From: Nitrosopumilus sp.
GTDB lineage: Archaea > Thermoproteota > Nitrososphaeria > Nitrososphaerales > Nitrosopumilaceae
DNA length: 64,000 nucleotides
NCBI GenBank assembly: GCA_965206745.1
Contig: OZ242220.1
Span: forward strand, 768,001-832,000
Direction: 5' to 3'
Below, piece after piece: positions 38,861-49,838 of the stretch. A program made the position numbers and the translations under genes. Under the pieces are notes generated by a model. The model ran no database searches. It saw only the letters and a list, made by a program, of their open reading frames with translations, and was not told the DNA's origin. Every line of letters starts with the position of its first letter. Position 1 is the stretch's first letter.

Positions 38861-39950
38861 TGTCGCTTTGTCCTTGAATTTCTGAAAGTTCTGACACTTT
38901 TACCCCTAGCCTTCTTATTGTGATGGTTTGATTTTCTAGTGCTTCTTTTAGCAGTTGATCTGCATTTTTTTGCAATTCTTCAATACTTACAGTGGGATTT
39001 CTTAACATTCTTGATTTTGATTTGTTTGATAAATCAGACTGCACAAAATGTATTCCAATTGATTTGAACATTTGATTATTTTTTTTAACTATTCCATGCA
39101 CTTCTTTGCACAACTCTGTGATATTTTCAGATAAAAGTTGGTAATCTTTCGAATCTTTTTTTAATGTTGTAATTTTGCTGTACTGTATTCTAGCTTCTCT
39201 CTCTTTGACTGCTTCATCGTCCATCCCTCTCACTGCATTGTAAATATAGGCGCCTGTCTTTCTGCCAAATTCCTTATTCAAAGTAAAAATATCTATTTTT
39301 TTTACATCCTCAATTGTTTTCAAATCCATTTCTAAAAATCGCCCCTCTGTTTTTTTGCCAATGCCTGGGATTGATCTGATCTTTAATTGATCCAGGAATG
39401 ATTTGATTTTTTCTGGTGGCACTGCAGTTAGACCGTCTGGTTTTTGAAAATCTGATGCTATTTTTGAAATTAATTTATTTGGGGAAATTCCTACCGAACA
39501 GGTCAGTTTAATTTTCTCTCTTATGGAATTTTTAATCTGCTGGGCCAGATGATTTGCTTTTTCGAAATTGCCTTCAACTCTTTTTGTTACATCAAGATAT
39601 GCCTCATCTCGTCCCACATATTCAAAAATATCTGCATTCTCCTTCATAATCTCCATCGCTTCTTCTGAAACTTTTGAATACAAATCAAAATCAACTGGCA
39701 AGAAAACTGCATCTTTTCTCTCTTCGAGTCTTTTTTTTGCAAATGCAATTGGTATTCCTGACTTGACGCCGTATTTTCTAGCCGTATAATTTGCAGTTGC
39801 AATTGCGCCACTGTCTTCCCCCCTGTCTGAAAACACACAGACGCATACTGGCTTTGATTTTAATTCTGGGGATCTGTTCTCTTCACACTGGGCATAAAAA
39901 TAATCAAAATCTATGTGGAAAACCACTCTTGTTTCCAATACCTCTCTCAT
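38844..39950 (-). CDS. dinB: Y-family DNA polymerase IV
   Basis: HIDFDYFYAQ, ANYTARKYGVKSG, DEAYLD, ASDFQKPDG, IPGIG. Confidence 0.95.
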   Translation of the reverse strand: MREVLETRVVFHIDFDYFYAQCEENRSPELKSKPVCVCVFSDRGEDSGAIATANYTARKYGVKSGIPIAFAKKRLEERKDAVFLPVDFDLYSKVSEEAMEIMKENADIFEYVGRDEAYLDVTKRVEGNFEKANHLAQQIKNSIREKIKLTCSVGISPNKLISKIASDFQKPDGLTAVPPEKIKSFLDQLKIRSIPGIGKKTEGRFLEMDLKTIEDVKKIDIFTLNKEFGRKTGAYIYNAVRGMDDEAVKEREARIQYSKITTLKKDSKDYQLLSENITELCKEVHGIVKKNNQMFKSIGIHFVQSDLSNKSKSRMLRNPTVSIEELQKNADQLLKEALENQTITIRRLGVKVSELSEIQGQSDITSYF

Positions 39951-40011
39951 TGGTTTTGATTATTATTGTATTGTGTATTCATCTAAATATTGAATTAATT
40001 TCATATTCTTC

Positions 40012-40251
40012 ATGGAGTATCCCGTATCTGTGGACGAAAATGGTGTCAAATTCAAACCTGAGAAAATGGAAAAAGAAAAGCTATATCACTGTATTTTCAA
40101 AGACAAGGCCATATTGGTATTCAAAGATTCTCAGGATGTTATGAATTGTTATGAAATTGAGGAAGCTGTTCTAGTAGAGCAAATTAAGAAATGTGACAAT
40201 GATGACGATCTTGAAAAATTATTTGAGGACTATTTGAAAGGAAATACCTGA
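40012..40251 (+). CDS. Small acidic hypothetical protein
   Basis: 79-aa ORF upstream of alba on the same strand. Confidence 0.75.
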   Translation: MEYPVSVDENGVKFKPEKMEKEKLYHCIFKDKAILVFKDSQDVMNCYEIEEAVLVEQIKKCDNDDDLEKLFEDYLKGNT

Positions 40252-40299
40252 AAAATTAAATAAAAGTGGGAGAGAAATTCATTATAACAGGTATTAAAA

Positions 40300-41067
40300 T
40301 TGAGTAACAATAACAAATCAAAAGATGCAGAAGATATTTTGTCAGAATTTGGTTCTAGAATTAAACCCGAACCAACACCAGAACCCGAACCAACACCAGA
40401 ACCCGAACCAACACCAGAACCCGAACCAACACCAGAACCCGAACCAACACCAGAACCCGAACCAACACCAGAACCCGAACCAACACCAGAACCCGAACCA
40501 ACACCAGAACCCGAACCAACACCAGAACCCGAACCAACACCAGAACCCGAACCAACACCAGAACCCGAACCAACACCAGAACCCGAACCAACACCAGAAC
40601 CCGAACCAACACCAGAACCCGAACCAACACCAGAACCCGAACCAACACCAGAACCCGAACCAACACCAGAACCCGAACCAACACCAGAACCCGAACCAAC
40701 ACCAGAACCCGAACCAACACCAGAACCCGAACCAACACCAGAACCAACACCTGAACCGCATTCAAACGAGGCTCCTGATTCTCCCAAAATTCAAGAAGAA
40801 CGTGATGTGATTTTTGTTGGAAGCAAACCCATCATGACTTATGTTTCTGCAACTTTAACTCAACTCTCAACTAGAACTATTGTGACTATCAAGGCAAGAG
40901 GCAGGCGAATTACTCAGGCCGTCGATGTCTCTCAAATGATTGTAAAGAGAATGGATTCTGTAGGATATGTAATTAATGATGTAAGAATCTCATCTGATTC
41001 TTTAACATCCGAAGATGGAAAGCAACGTAATGTTTCTACGATGGAAATTGACATTTCAAAGAACTAA
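40300..41067 (+). CDS. albA: Alba DNA/RNA-binding protein with long N-terminal (PEPTPE)n extension
   Basis: C-terminal Alba domain [12 protein letters not shown]...[14 protein letters not shown]...RNVSTMEI. Confidence 0.88.
   Translation: MSNNNKSKDAEDILSEFGSRIKPEPTPEPEPTPEPEPTPEPEPTPEPEPTPEPEPTPEPEPTPEPEPTPEPEPTPEPEPTPEPEPTPEPEPTPEPEPTPEPEPTPEPEPTPEPEPTPEPEPTPEPEPTPEPEPTPEPEPTPEPEPTPEPTPEPHSNEAPDSPKIQEERDVIFVGSKPIMTYVSATLTQLSTRTIVTIKARGRRITQAVDVSQMIVKRMDSVGYVINDVRISSDSLTSEDGKQRNVSTMEIDISKN
40366..40743 (+). repeat. Perfect 18-bp tandem repeat CCCGAACCAACACCAGAA x21
   Basis: 378 bp / 18 = 21 copies with no variation seen; encodes PEPTPE. Confidence 0.95.
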
Positions 41068-41287
41068 TCTGAAAATTTTAACATTGATTTTATTTGGCGT
41101 GTTATTTGTGGTGGTGATAATTGAATTGCAGGATAACTCCTGCAATGTAAAGCATTACCTTCTTTCAAATGAGATTTTTTCATATGAAAAATCACTGGAT
41201 CCGGAATTGTGTGAAAATATTCTTGAAAGAATTGACTTTCACAATGATGAGTGTGCCTCTAAAATAGAAATTTTAGACTGCGGTTAA
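41015..41287 (+). CDS. Small membrane-anchored Cys-containing hypothetical protein (true start probably later)
   Basis: [18 protein letters not shown] followed by a four-Cys acidic domain ending LDCG. Confidence 0.6.
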   Translation: MESNVMFLRWKLTFQRTNLKILTLILFGVLFVVVIIELQDNSCNVKHYLLSNEIFSYEKSLDPELCENILERIDFHNDECASKIEILDCG

Positions 41288-41904
41288 GGAATTATATCAA
41301 CCAAAAATGTAATTCCAAAATACACTAACAACAAGCTTAATCCAAACATGAGCATTTTATAATTTCTATTAGAAAGAATCCGCGAGCTCTTCAATGCAAC
41401 AAACGAAATCCCACCTAACCACACAAAATCCATCCAGATGTGCAGAAAAAATACTACCAGTATGCCTGAAAATGCCCAAATCAACATTGCATCTGAAATT
41501 AATTTCAGCCCTATCGTCAACCACCATATGATGAAAAACGGGTTTAATGCGCTAAGTGCAATGCCTGCAATTAATGGGCCATGTTTCGGTCTTGTTGTTG
41601 CACTTTGATCCTTTTGCAACATCTTTTTAATTTGAATTGCTGCAAAAATAAAAAGTGTAATTGCCCCGACAATTGAAATTATAATCCTAAACTCTGGAAA
41701 TGCCTCTAAAGAAAATATTCCGATTCCTAACAAAACCACTAATGGGAACTCTACAATGGTGTGGCCTATTGCCATTTTGATGCCTGATCTTGCTCCCTGA
41801 CGCAGTCCGTACGAAATATTTGCTGCAAACAATGGACCTGGTGCCATGACTCCTGACGCTGAAATGGCAATTACCATGATTGCAAACTCGATTATCTGTG
41901 TCAT
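41284..41904 (-). CDS. LysE family transporter
   Basis: SGVMAPGP, GHTIVE, LNPFFIIWW. Confidence 0.9.
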   Translation of the reverse strand: MTQIIEFAIMVIAISASGVMAPGPLFAANISYGLRQGARSGIKMAIGHTIVEFPLVVLLGIGIFSLEAFPEFRIIISIVGAITLFIFAAIQIKKMLQKDQSATTRPKHGPLIAGIALSALNPFFIIWWLTIGLKLISDAMLIWAFSGILVVFFLHIWMDFVWLGGISFVALKSSRILSNRNYKMLMFGLSLLLVYFGITFLVDIIP

Positions 41905-41951
41905 TGCTTTTTAATATTATTTAGTTATGAAATAAACCTGATTGAGTCACT

Positions 41952-42668
41952 TTATCTGTACATTGAATCCTTGAGATGTTTTGATTCTTCCTGTGTTTCT
42001 TTAATCACAATTTCTGCTTTTTCAGCCTCTTTTTGTAATAGTGGAATATCACAAGATGCTCCTGGGATTAATTTTGACATTGCCATGCATAATTTGACAC
42101 TTGATTTAAAGTCAGGCCCTTCTCCATTTGTATGAAAAATTATCACAATGACATCCTGATTTACCAAGCTTCCTTCATTAAGTAGCACACCTGGAATTCC
42201 TGGAACCGTTCCGTGATCTAAAACCTTGAGACCTGCCTCCTTTATTTTGTTTCTTGCAGCCTCAGTACTTCCAATTCCCATCATCTCTCCGTCCCCCTTG
42301 GATGATTTTATCGCTACGCTGCTGACAATTAATTTAATTTCCTGTTTTTTGCTCCATGACAACATTGTTTTTGCTGTAACTTTATGCAATGATTGATCTA
42401 GGGTTAGATATGACAGAAATATTCCGACCTTCAGATCCTCATTGACAAAGATTCTTGTTGGAAAATTTGGCTTTCCATCTTTGACAATGCTAATCGGCGG
42501 GAAACTTTCTGAATCGATAACCCCTCCCAGTTCAAACTGTGATGTATGAATCATCGATTCTGTAGCAATCGCGCTGCTGAACCCAACTGAGGGGAATCCG
42601 TCAATAAGATAACCTCCTTCCAGATTTATTTTTTTAATCTCTCTGACTCTAATTTTGGGACCCAACAA
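41952..42668 (-). CDS. PAC2-family proteasome assembly chaperone
   Basis: LIDGFPSVG, FPP, GIPGVLL, PD, C-terminal MYR (HbYX-like). Confidence 0.88.
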   Translation of the reverse strand: MLGPKIRVREIKKINLEGGYLIDGFPSVGFSSAIATESMIHTSQFELGGVIDSESFPPISIVKDGKPNFPTRIFVNEDLKVGIFLSYLTLDQSLHKVTAKTMLSWSKKQEIKLIVSSVAIKSSKGDGEMMGIGSTEAARNKIKEAGLKVLDHGTVPGIPGVLLNEGSLVNQDVIVIIFHTNGEGPDFKSSVKLCMAMSKLIPGASCDIPLLQKEAEKAEIVIKETQEESKHLKDSMYR

Positions 42669-42708
42669 ATATTTTGTATATTCGTCAAATAATAGCTTTT
42701 GTCTAATT

Positions 42709-43650
42709 CTATTTCTGCAATTTTGAAATCAATGCCGCATAAATGAATGGCAATATCGTTGTAACTTCTGCATGTAGTGTGGATTGTTTTGCCGTCTGTG
42801 TGACTTTTCCCCATGAAATTGCCTCTCTTACCAATGCCCCACTTAGGCTTCCGTCAAATTCCTGTGCCGTGGTTATGTAAAATGCATAATCTAACCCTTC
42901 TCTGTATTGATTCCACCATAATGTGTGGTGCTTGGAAATTCCCCCGCCGATCATAAATGCCCCTGATTTTTCAGCTTTGAAAATTAATCCTGATAACAAA
43001 TTTGCATCGCCTGTCACATTTAATTTAAAATCTGCATGTTTCTGTGTAAATAACCAAATTTGACTTCCTACTGCCCCATCCATTATTCCCGGAACCACTA
43101 TGTCGATATCATTTTTGTATGCCCAGTAAAGAAACGAGTCCTCGCCCAGATGCTTTCCAATCATTTTACAAATTTCAGCAGTACTCATCTCTTTGTTCCC
43201 GTTCTGATACTCCTCTTCTAGGAATTGCTGCATCTTTTCTTCAATCAGTGGTCCGTAACTATCCATTGGAACTAGAACGTTTCCTAGTCTGTGGATGTTT
43301 TGGTTTGCCAATTCCATGTCATCCATCGTAAATGTCCCTTCCTTGTACTGTGAAAAATGTCTGGCAATGTCGTGATCTAGTGCACCACATGTCGTAATTG
43401 CAACATCAAACCATTTGTTCTTGATCATATCTTTGATGATTCCCCTTAGTCCAGTTGATATCACCGCTCCTACAAACGACACAAATCTTAGGCATTGTTT
43501 ATCTGAAATCATTTCGGCCAATATTTCCAAACCGCTTGAGAGATTCACCGATTCGAATCCTCCTGATCGTGACAACTCCTCAAAAATCTTTTCTAGAGTT
43601 GTCGTTGAATCAATTTTAATATCTCTTACAGGGCGACCCGGCTCTATCAT
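42709..43650 (-). CDS. dys: Deoxyhypusine synthase
   Basis: STGLRG, HRLGNV, DGAVG, GGGISKHH, DGSLSGA..EAISWGK. Confidence 0.95.
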   Translation of the reverse strand: MIEPGRPVRDIKIDSTTTLEKIFEELSRSGGFESVNLSSGLEILAEMISDKQCLRFVSFVGAVISTGLRGIIKDMIKNKWFDVAITTCGALDHDIARHFSQYKEGTFTMDDMELANQNIHRLGNVLVPMDSYGPLIEEKMQQFLEEEYQNGNKEMSTAEICKMIGKHLGEDSFLYWAYKNDIDIVVPGIMDGAVGSQIWLFTQKHADFKLNVTGDANLLSGLIFKAEKSGAFMIGGGISKHHTLWWNQYREGLDYAFYITTAQEFDGSLSGALVREAISWGKVTQTAKQSTLHAEVTTILPFIYAALISKLQK

Positions 43651-43752
43651 GATTGCTTTGTTGATGCCTGATATAAAATTCTGCCTTTAATCGCTGGATT
43701 TTTTCTATTGCCTAAGGAAACTTTAAACCTTCCTTGTGTCAACGAATTTCAA

Positions 43753-44847
43753 ATGACTGATAGAATTAAAGTTGGTTTAGTTGGCATTGGCAATTGTTTT
43801 TCAGGATTAATCCAAGGAATCGAATATTACAGAAAAAATCCTTCCCAGGAAGTGACTGGAATTATCCACGACAAGCTGGCAGGATATGGAATCCATGACA
43901 TTGATTTTGTCTGTGGATTTGATGTTGGTGAAAATAAGGTTGGCAAGTTTTTGCATGAGGCAATTTATGAGTATCCAAACATGGTTGATTGGATCGCCAA
44001 AGACGATTTACCAAAAAATGATGCGCTAGTTTATGAAAGTCCCATTTTGGATGGGGTGGGAGTTTGGGTTGAAAACAGAATAAAGCCGATTGATAACCCA
44101 AAAACTATTGAGGAAATTACCAAAGACGTAAAACAAATCATGAAAGAGAAGGGGGTTGAAATCATTGTATCTTATTTGCCTGTAGGCTCTGATAAGGTAA
44201 CTGAGTTTTGGGCTCAAATCTGTCTTGATACAAACACCGCATTTGTAAACTGCATCCCGTCTTTCATTGCATCTGATGAAAAATGGGCCAAAAAGTTTGA
44301 AGAGAAGAATATTCCTTGCATAGGTGATGATATCAAGGGACAAGTCGGTGCCACCATCGTACATAGAACCTTGGCCAAGCTTTGTAGTGACCGGGGGACA
44401 AAGATTGAAAAAACATATCAAATCAATGTAGGTGGCAACACTGATTTCCTAAACATGAAGGAGCAGGACCGTTTGGTATCAAAGAGAATTTCCAAAACTG
44501 AAAGCGTTCAAAGTCAACTCAAAGAGAGATTGGATGATGACCAAATCTATGTTGGGCCTTCTGACTTTATTCCTTTTCTAGGTAACACCAAACTGATGTT
44601 CATGAGAATTGAAGGAAGACAGTGGGCAAACATCCCATACAACATGGAAGTCCGTTTGGAGGTGGATGATAAGGCAAACTCTGCTGGTATTGTAATTGAT
44701 GCAATTAGATTGGCAAGAATTGCCCTTGACAGGGGTATTGGTGGGCCAATCAAGCCTGCTAGTGCATACCTGATGAAGCATCCAATAGAGCAGACTTCTG
44801 ATGTAAAGGCAAAAACTGCATGTGAAGAATTTGTTGCAGGCGACTAA
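43753..44847 (+). CDS. ino1: Myo-inositol-1-phosphate synthase
   Basis: GIGNC, YLPVGS, GDDIKGQVGAT, GGNTDFLN, NSAG. Confidence 0.95.
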   Translation: MTDRIKVGLVGIGNCFSGLIQGIEYYRKNPSQEVTGIIHDKLAGYGIHDIDFVCGFDVGENKVGKFLHEAIYEYPNMVDWIAKDDLPKNDALVYESPILDGVGVWVENRIKPIDNPKTIEEITKDVKQIMKEKGVEIIVSYLPVGSDKVTEFWAQICLDTNTAFVNCIPSFIASDEKWAKKFEEKNIPCIGDDIKGQVGATIVHRTLAKLCSDRGTKIEKTYQINVGGNTDFLNMKEQDRLVSKRISKTESVQSQLKERLDDDQIYVGPSDFIPFLGNTKLMFMRIEGRQWANIPYNMEVRLEVDDKANSAGIVIDAIRLARIALDRGIGGPIKPASAYLMKHPIEQTSDVKAKTACEEFVAGD

Positions 44848-45257
44848 TCAAGACTTGTTATATCCTGCAAATCTATTTTAATTGATTACGCATTTGCAGA
44901 GGCTGAATTCTTTTGGTGATCCTGACTCCTTGTAGAAAAAGCTGTATTTACACAATTCTATGCTGATTCACTGCGATTCTACTGATGGATTTTACTATCT
45001 TGACGGCTCTGGTCACAAATGGTGATCTGATCACGGTGTTTGATCAGAGCCTAATGAAATATTCGAAGAGGATCAGATCCAATTTGGAATTGCCCTGCTA
45101 ATCATAATAGGCGTAATGACACGATCAATTTTCTGAAATTATCAATTAAACTGCCACCACTACGAAAAATATCATAATACAACAAGAAAAATTAATCAAT
45201 TCTGTCAACTAAACTTGTTAGTCATCGATTATCCTACGTGGTGAGAAATAACTACCA

Positions 45258-48200
45258 TTGGTTCACATTAAAAAAGTAGAGATCTTTGGTTTCAAGTCAT
45301 TTGGATTCAAAAATACGACAGTTCCATTCGAGCCTGGACTGGTCTCAATATCAGGTCCAAACGGCTCTGGAAAAAGCAACATCTTGGATGCCATTATTTT
45401 TGCAATGGGTGAAAATAAACCTCGAGTCATGAGGGTTGATAAACTGCGATCTCTAATTCACGATGAAGGAAGTCCACGCGGACACAAGATGGCCAGATCT
45501 AGTGTCCACTTTGACAATTCTGATAGAAAAATTCCAGTTGATTCTGATGCCGTTGAAATTACAAGGGAGATGGATATTAGCGGTGAAAATACGTACTATC
45601 TTAACAAAAAGAAGACGAACCGAGGTAATATCCTTGATCTGCTTGATATGGCAAATGCTGGTTTGGGACAACTCAATGCCGTACAACAGGGGACTGTAAC
45701 TAGAATTTCTGAATTTACTTCAGAGGAGAAAAGAAAAACCATTGAGGATTTAATCGGACTATCGTATTTTGATGAGAAAAAAGTAGAATCTGTAAAACAG
45801 CTTGATGAGGCAGACAGACGACTGGAGATAGCCCTTGCAAAAATGGGTGAAATTAAAAAAAGAATCGACGAGCTTGAGGAAGAAAGAAATCAAAAATTGT
45901 GCCATGATCTTTTAGAACGTGAACTAAATCGATACAAAGCAATTGCAGCAGCTAACAAAATGAAGGTGATCTCTGGTCAAAAATCCTCCAAAGAGTCGAC
46001 TCTGAATGAATTAAATGCTGAAATTACGACATTTCGTCTACAGCGAGATACCCTGAGGGTGGAAATTGATGCTCTGGAGGCTGAAAAAACAAAATTGATG
46101 GCCGCTGCAAATGATTACAGCCAAGCAAAATCTTCCCTTGATACAGAACTTAGTTCGGCAATGGAGCAGTATGAAATTGACAAGAGTGCAATCACTGCAT
46201 CAGAGAAAAGACTGGAACAAATTAATGCAAGATTGCCTGAAATCCAAACTGAAATTACTGATATAAATCAAACAAGAACTGACATTGATACGCAACTGCA
46301 AATAATAAAATCTTCCATTGAGGAGACCAACTTGAAGAAAAATAAAATCAACCAAGACCTGCAAACTGTTGATTCTCAAAGAAATAAAATTTTGGCAGAG
46401 CAATCAGAGGCCGCATCGAAAAAATCTGAAATTGATAATAAGATAAGACAGCTTACAAGCCAGCTTAACGACGCAAGACTAAATTTTTCCAAAGTATCGC
46501 ATGAAAAGACTGAATCCAAATCTAAAATTGATGCCAACACTGTAAAACTCTCTGAGTTGGAAAAAGATATTGTTACCCTTGCTGGATATCAGTCACAATT
46601 GGAATCCATGCTCAACAATCACAATGCCTCCATCACCGAACTGAAATCCCGAATCAAAAAGTTGCATGTGCGAAAATCAAAGATACGTGAGGACATGGAA
46701 GAGTTGGGACTGATATTGGAAAAATCCAGCAAGGCTGCAAATCAATATGAATCAAAAATCAAAACCGTAAAAGGATTCATGCATGAGGATTACACTGTTG
46801 CTAAATTAAAAGAGGATGCAGACAAGCTTGGCATTGAAGGATTGGTCTATGAAATGATCTCTTGGGATAAGCAATACGAGCGTTCCATTTTGGCGGCTAG
46901 TTCTGATTGGATTAAGGCAATTGTCGTAAAAGACTTTGCAACATTACTCGGCATTGCCGAAGTCGCACGAAGCAAAAAACTCCCAAAACTCAAAATAATC
47001 CCATTGGATGCAATTCCGAAATTCAAACTCTCACTGCCTAAAGAATCCGGCGTTATTGGCATTCTTTCAAACTATGTTACCTGTGATCCTGCCTATTTCT
47101 CGCTCAAAACATTCCTATTTGGGAATATCGTGCTTACTGATACCCGTGAATCTGCCTACAAAGTCTCTCAAAAAGGGTACAAATCTGTGACTCTGGATGG
47201 TGAATTCTTTGAAGAAAAAGGAGGGACTGTTGTAATTGACATTAATTCAAAAATATCCAAACTTACAAAACTCATCTCCATGAGCAGTGATATTGATGGA
47301 TTGTTCCAATCCATCGGCATCATCAAAAAATACATGCTAAACAAAAAACACTCATTAAAAAAGATAGAAGATTCCATTCAATCATACGATGACCGTCTTT
47401 CAATATCTGAAAACTCCCTTACTTCTGCAACTGAGAATTACTCCAATCTAAAATCAAGAATCACTTCTGCATCAAGCATGAAAGAACAACTCGTTACAAG
47501 GATTTCGGGATTAACCTCAAGAAACAGTACCATTGAATCCGAAGCAAGCACCCGTGAATCCCACATTGTCTCACTGCAAGAAAGAATAACAATTGTTGAG
47601 GAGAATTATGCCAGCGGAGAACAAGATAGAATTGCCAGTGAGTTATCCAGAATCAATACCGAAAAATCTGAGACAGAGGAATTGTACACTACAATCATGA
47701 ATGAATACCGTGACAAATCCTCAAAGCAGACAACACTTCAAACCCAACACGATGGGCAAAAGTCCCAATTAAATCGCCTCACTGACGAAGTAAATTCACT
47801 CAATCTTGAGCATACCGAGCTTGAAACAAAAATACGCCAACTAGAGCAACAAAAGGAATCCAAGAATCAGATTCTTGTATCACTGCGAGAAAAAGAGCAA
47901 GAATTAATCTCTACGTCTGGTTCCTCCATTGGTCATTTGAAAGAGTATGATGACAAACTCAGGGAATTATCTGGACAGGACAAAGAACTGACAAAACAAA
48001 TAAGTGCTCTGGAGCGTCAAACAGACTCTCTTACCCGTGACCTTGTTGATTTATCTGAAAACGAATCTAAATTGCAACACATACTATCTGCATTTGGATT
48101 TGATAAAGACATGGAAACATTTGATGTTGAGCCAATCGTACAAGGGCTGACTGTAGAACTATCTTCCCTTAACGCATTAAATGCAAAGGCCCCTGAAACA

Positions 48201-48779
48201 TACCTTGAAGTCTCATATGGTTATCGGTCAATGTCTACAAGAAAGAACTCTCTTGAAGCCGAACGTAATTCCATTGTTAAATTCATTGAAGATATTGAAA
48301 AAGACAAACGGCAAACTTTCTTGGATGCATTTGACAAGGTCGATAAGGAAATTCGGCTGATCTTCAATAAAATGACTGGTGGTAATGCTTGGCTAGAGCT
48401 ACAAAATGAGGATGACATATTCAACTCTGGAATCTCTTACCTGATTCAATTCCCAAGTAAACAGAAAAGAGAATCAACCTCGATTAGTGGTGGTGAAAAG
48501 ACTCTGGCTGCAGTCGTATTTGTTTTGGCCTTGCAAAAATTAAAGCCGTCCCCATTCTACCTGTTTGATGAAGTCGATGCTCACCTTGATGCTCCAAACT
48601 CTAAAAGTCTGGCAAAAATTCTAGACGAAAGATCCCAAGAAAGTCAGTTTATCATGGTATCTCTAAAGGACTCTGTCATCCAGAACGCAAAATTGATTTA
48701 CGGCGTGTTCCAAAAGAATGGCGTTTCAAATGTTGTCACTTACAAAGACAAGCGAATACCCTCAATGAAGACGTCCTAG
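45258..48779 (+). CDS. smc: Chromosome segregation protein SMC
   Basis: FKSF, GPNGSGKSN, QQG, coiled coil-hinge-coiled coil, SGGEK, FDEVDAHLD. Confidence 0.96.
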   Translation: MVHIKKVEIFGFKSFGFKNTTVPFEPGLVSISGPNGSGKSNILDAIIFAMGENKPRVMRVDKLRSLIHDEGSPRGHKMARSSVHFDNSDRKIPVDSDAVEITREMDISGENTYYLNKKKTNRGNILDLLDMANAGLGQLNAVQQGTVTRISEFTSEEKRKTIEDLIGLSYFDEKKVESVKQLDEADRRLEIALAKMGEIKKRIDELEEERNQKLCHDLLERELNRYKAIAAANKMKVISGQKSSKESTLNELNAEITTFRLQRDTLRVEIDALEAEKTKLMAAANDYSQAKSSLDTELSSAMEQYEIDKSAITASEKRLEQINARLPEIQTEITDINQTRTDIDTQLQIIKSSIEETNLKKNKINQDLQTVDSQRNKILAEQSEAASKKSEIDNKIRQLTSQLNDARLNFSKVSHEKTESKSKIDANTVKLSELEKDIVTLAGYQSQLESMLNNHNASITELKSRIKKLHVRKSKIREDMEELGLILEKSSKAANQYESKIKTVKGFMHEDYTVAKLKEDADKLGIEGLVYEMISWDKQYERSILAASSDWIKAIVVKDFATLLGIAEVARSKKLPKLKIIPLDAIPKFKLSLPKESGVIGILSNYVTCDPAYFSLKTFLFGNIVLTDTRESAYKVSQKGYKSVTLDGEFFEEKGGTVVIDINSKISKLTKLISMSSDIDGLFQSIGIIKKYMLNKKHSLKKIEDSIQSYDDRLSISENSLTSATENYSNLKSRITSASSMKEQLVTRISGLTSRNSTIESEASTRESHIVSLQERITIVEENYASGEQDRIASELSRINTEKSETEELYTTIMNEYRDKSSKQTTLQTQHDGQKSQLNRLTDEVNSLNLEHTELETKIRQLEQQKESKNQILVSLREKEQELISTSGSSIGHLKEYDDKLRELSGQDKELTKQISALERQTDSLTRDLVDLSENESKLQHILSAFGFDKDMETFDVEPIVQGLTVELSSLNALNAKAPETYLEVSYGYRSMSTRKNSLEAERNSIVKFIEDIEKDKRQTFLDAFDKVDKEIRLIFNKMTGGNAWLELQNEDDIFNSGISYLIQFPSKQKRESTSISGGEKTLAAVVFVLALQKLKPSPFYLFDEVDAHLDAPNSKSLAKILDERSQESQFIMVSLKDSVIQNAKLIYGVFQKNGVSNVVTYKDKRIPSMKTS

Positions 48780-49741
48780 TCCAGTTTAACAAAACATGCA
48801 GAATGGTGCCCATCGGCAACCTCCTCTAACCCTGGCTCCTCCGTACACCTCTCAATGACATACGGGCACCTTGCTCTGAATCTGCATCCCTGGTACACAT
48901 CGACATCTGCTGGTTCGTTGATCCTGATCTTCCTCTCTCTGTGCAGATTATCAGGATCTGGCTCTGAAATTGCATCAATTAATGCTTGAGTGTACGGATG
49001 ACTGGGTTTGGCCAGCACTTGGTTGATTGGTCCCATTTCTACAATTTTGCCCATGTACAAAATACCAATTCTCTGACCAAAATACCTGGCAGTAGCTAGG
49101 TCATGTGTGATGTAGATAAATGAAATATTGTATCTCTTTTGCAACCCCTGCATCAACTCTAGCATCTCTGCCCTGATTGACACATCCAACATGGAGACTG
49201 GCTCGTCTGCCAGTATCACTTTGGGTTTTAGTGCAAGCGCTCTTGCCAATACCACCCTCTGCCTTTGACCTCCTGACAACATGTGGGGGTACCGCTTTGC
49301 AATCTCTTCGGCAGGCTCTAGTTTGACTTCCTGCAATACCTGGATCACTCTTTTCTTCCTGTCTCCTCTGTCTCCAATTTTATGGATCTCCAGCGGCTCT
49401 GAGACAATGTCACCCACCTTCATTCTTGGGTTGATAGAATCATACGGATCCTGATGTATCATCTGGCAATTCATTCTGATTTTTGAGAGGCTTTCTTCAT
49501 GATTGCCAATCTCATGTTCTTCAAAAAATATTTTTCCAGAATCTGGCTGGATTGATTTCAGGATTAATTTTGCAATTGTTGATTTTCCAGACCCTGACTG
49601 GCCAGCCAAAACAAAAACCTCCCCTTCTTTTAATGAGAATGATACATCGTCGGCAGCCCTGACCGTGATTGATTTTGATCGAAATATTCCTTTTTTCGTA
49701 AAATATTTTTTCAAATGCTCCACTCTTAGGATATCGCTCAT
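48776..49741 (-). CDS. Oligopeptide/dipeptide ABC transporter ATPase (OppF/DppF-like)
   Basis: GQSGSGKST, LSGGQRQR, DEPVSMLD, HPYT, GCRF..RCP. Confidence 0.92.
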   Translation of the reverse strand: MSDILRVEHLKKYFTKKGIFRSKSITVRAADDVSFSLKEGEVFVLAGQSGSGKSTIAKLILKSIQPDSGKIFFEEHEIGNHEESLSKIRMNCQMIHQDPYDSINPRMKVGDIVSEPLEIHKIGDRGDRKKRVIQVLQEVKLEPAEEIAKRYPHMLSGGQRQRVVLARALALKPKVILADEPVSMLDVSIRAEMLELMQGLQKRYNISFIYITHDLATARYFGQRIGILYMGKIVEMGPINQVLAKPSHPYTQALIDAISEPDPDNLHRERKIRINEPADVDVYQGCRFRARCPYVIERCTEEPGLEEVADGHHSACFVKLD

Positions 49742-49838
49742 TGAATACTGTTGAATAAAGAAGCATGTCTAGAAATATCTTTTGTGCGTAAAATTCGGGA
49801 TAACGCATATTTACGTTAAAAAAAGACCGAATTATTAC

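Noticed and set aside
40366-40743. Possible CRISPR array
   Set aside because: Head-to-tail repeats with no unique spacers, inside a CDS, and no cas genes in the window.
40230-40810. Repetitive ORFs in other frames (GSGVGS, QNPNQH, FWCWFG, VLVLVR)
   Set aside because: By-products of a stop-free 18-bp repeat; only the PEPTPE frame is fused to a recognisable domain (Alba).
45258-48779. SMC as part of a Wadjet/defence system
   Set aside because: Canonical hinge-containing SMC without jet/mks-like neighbours.
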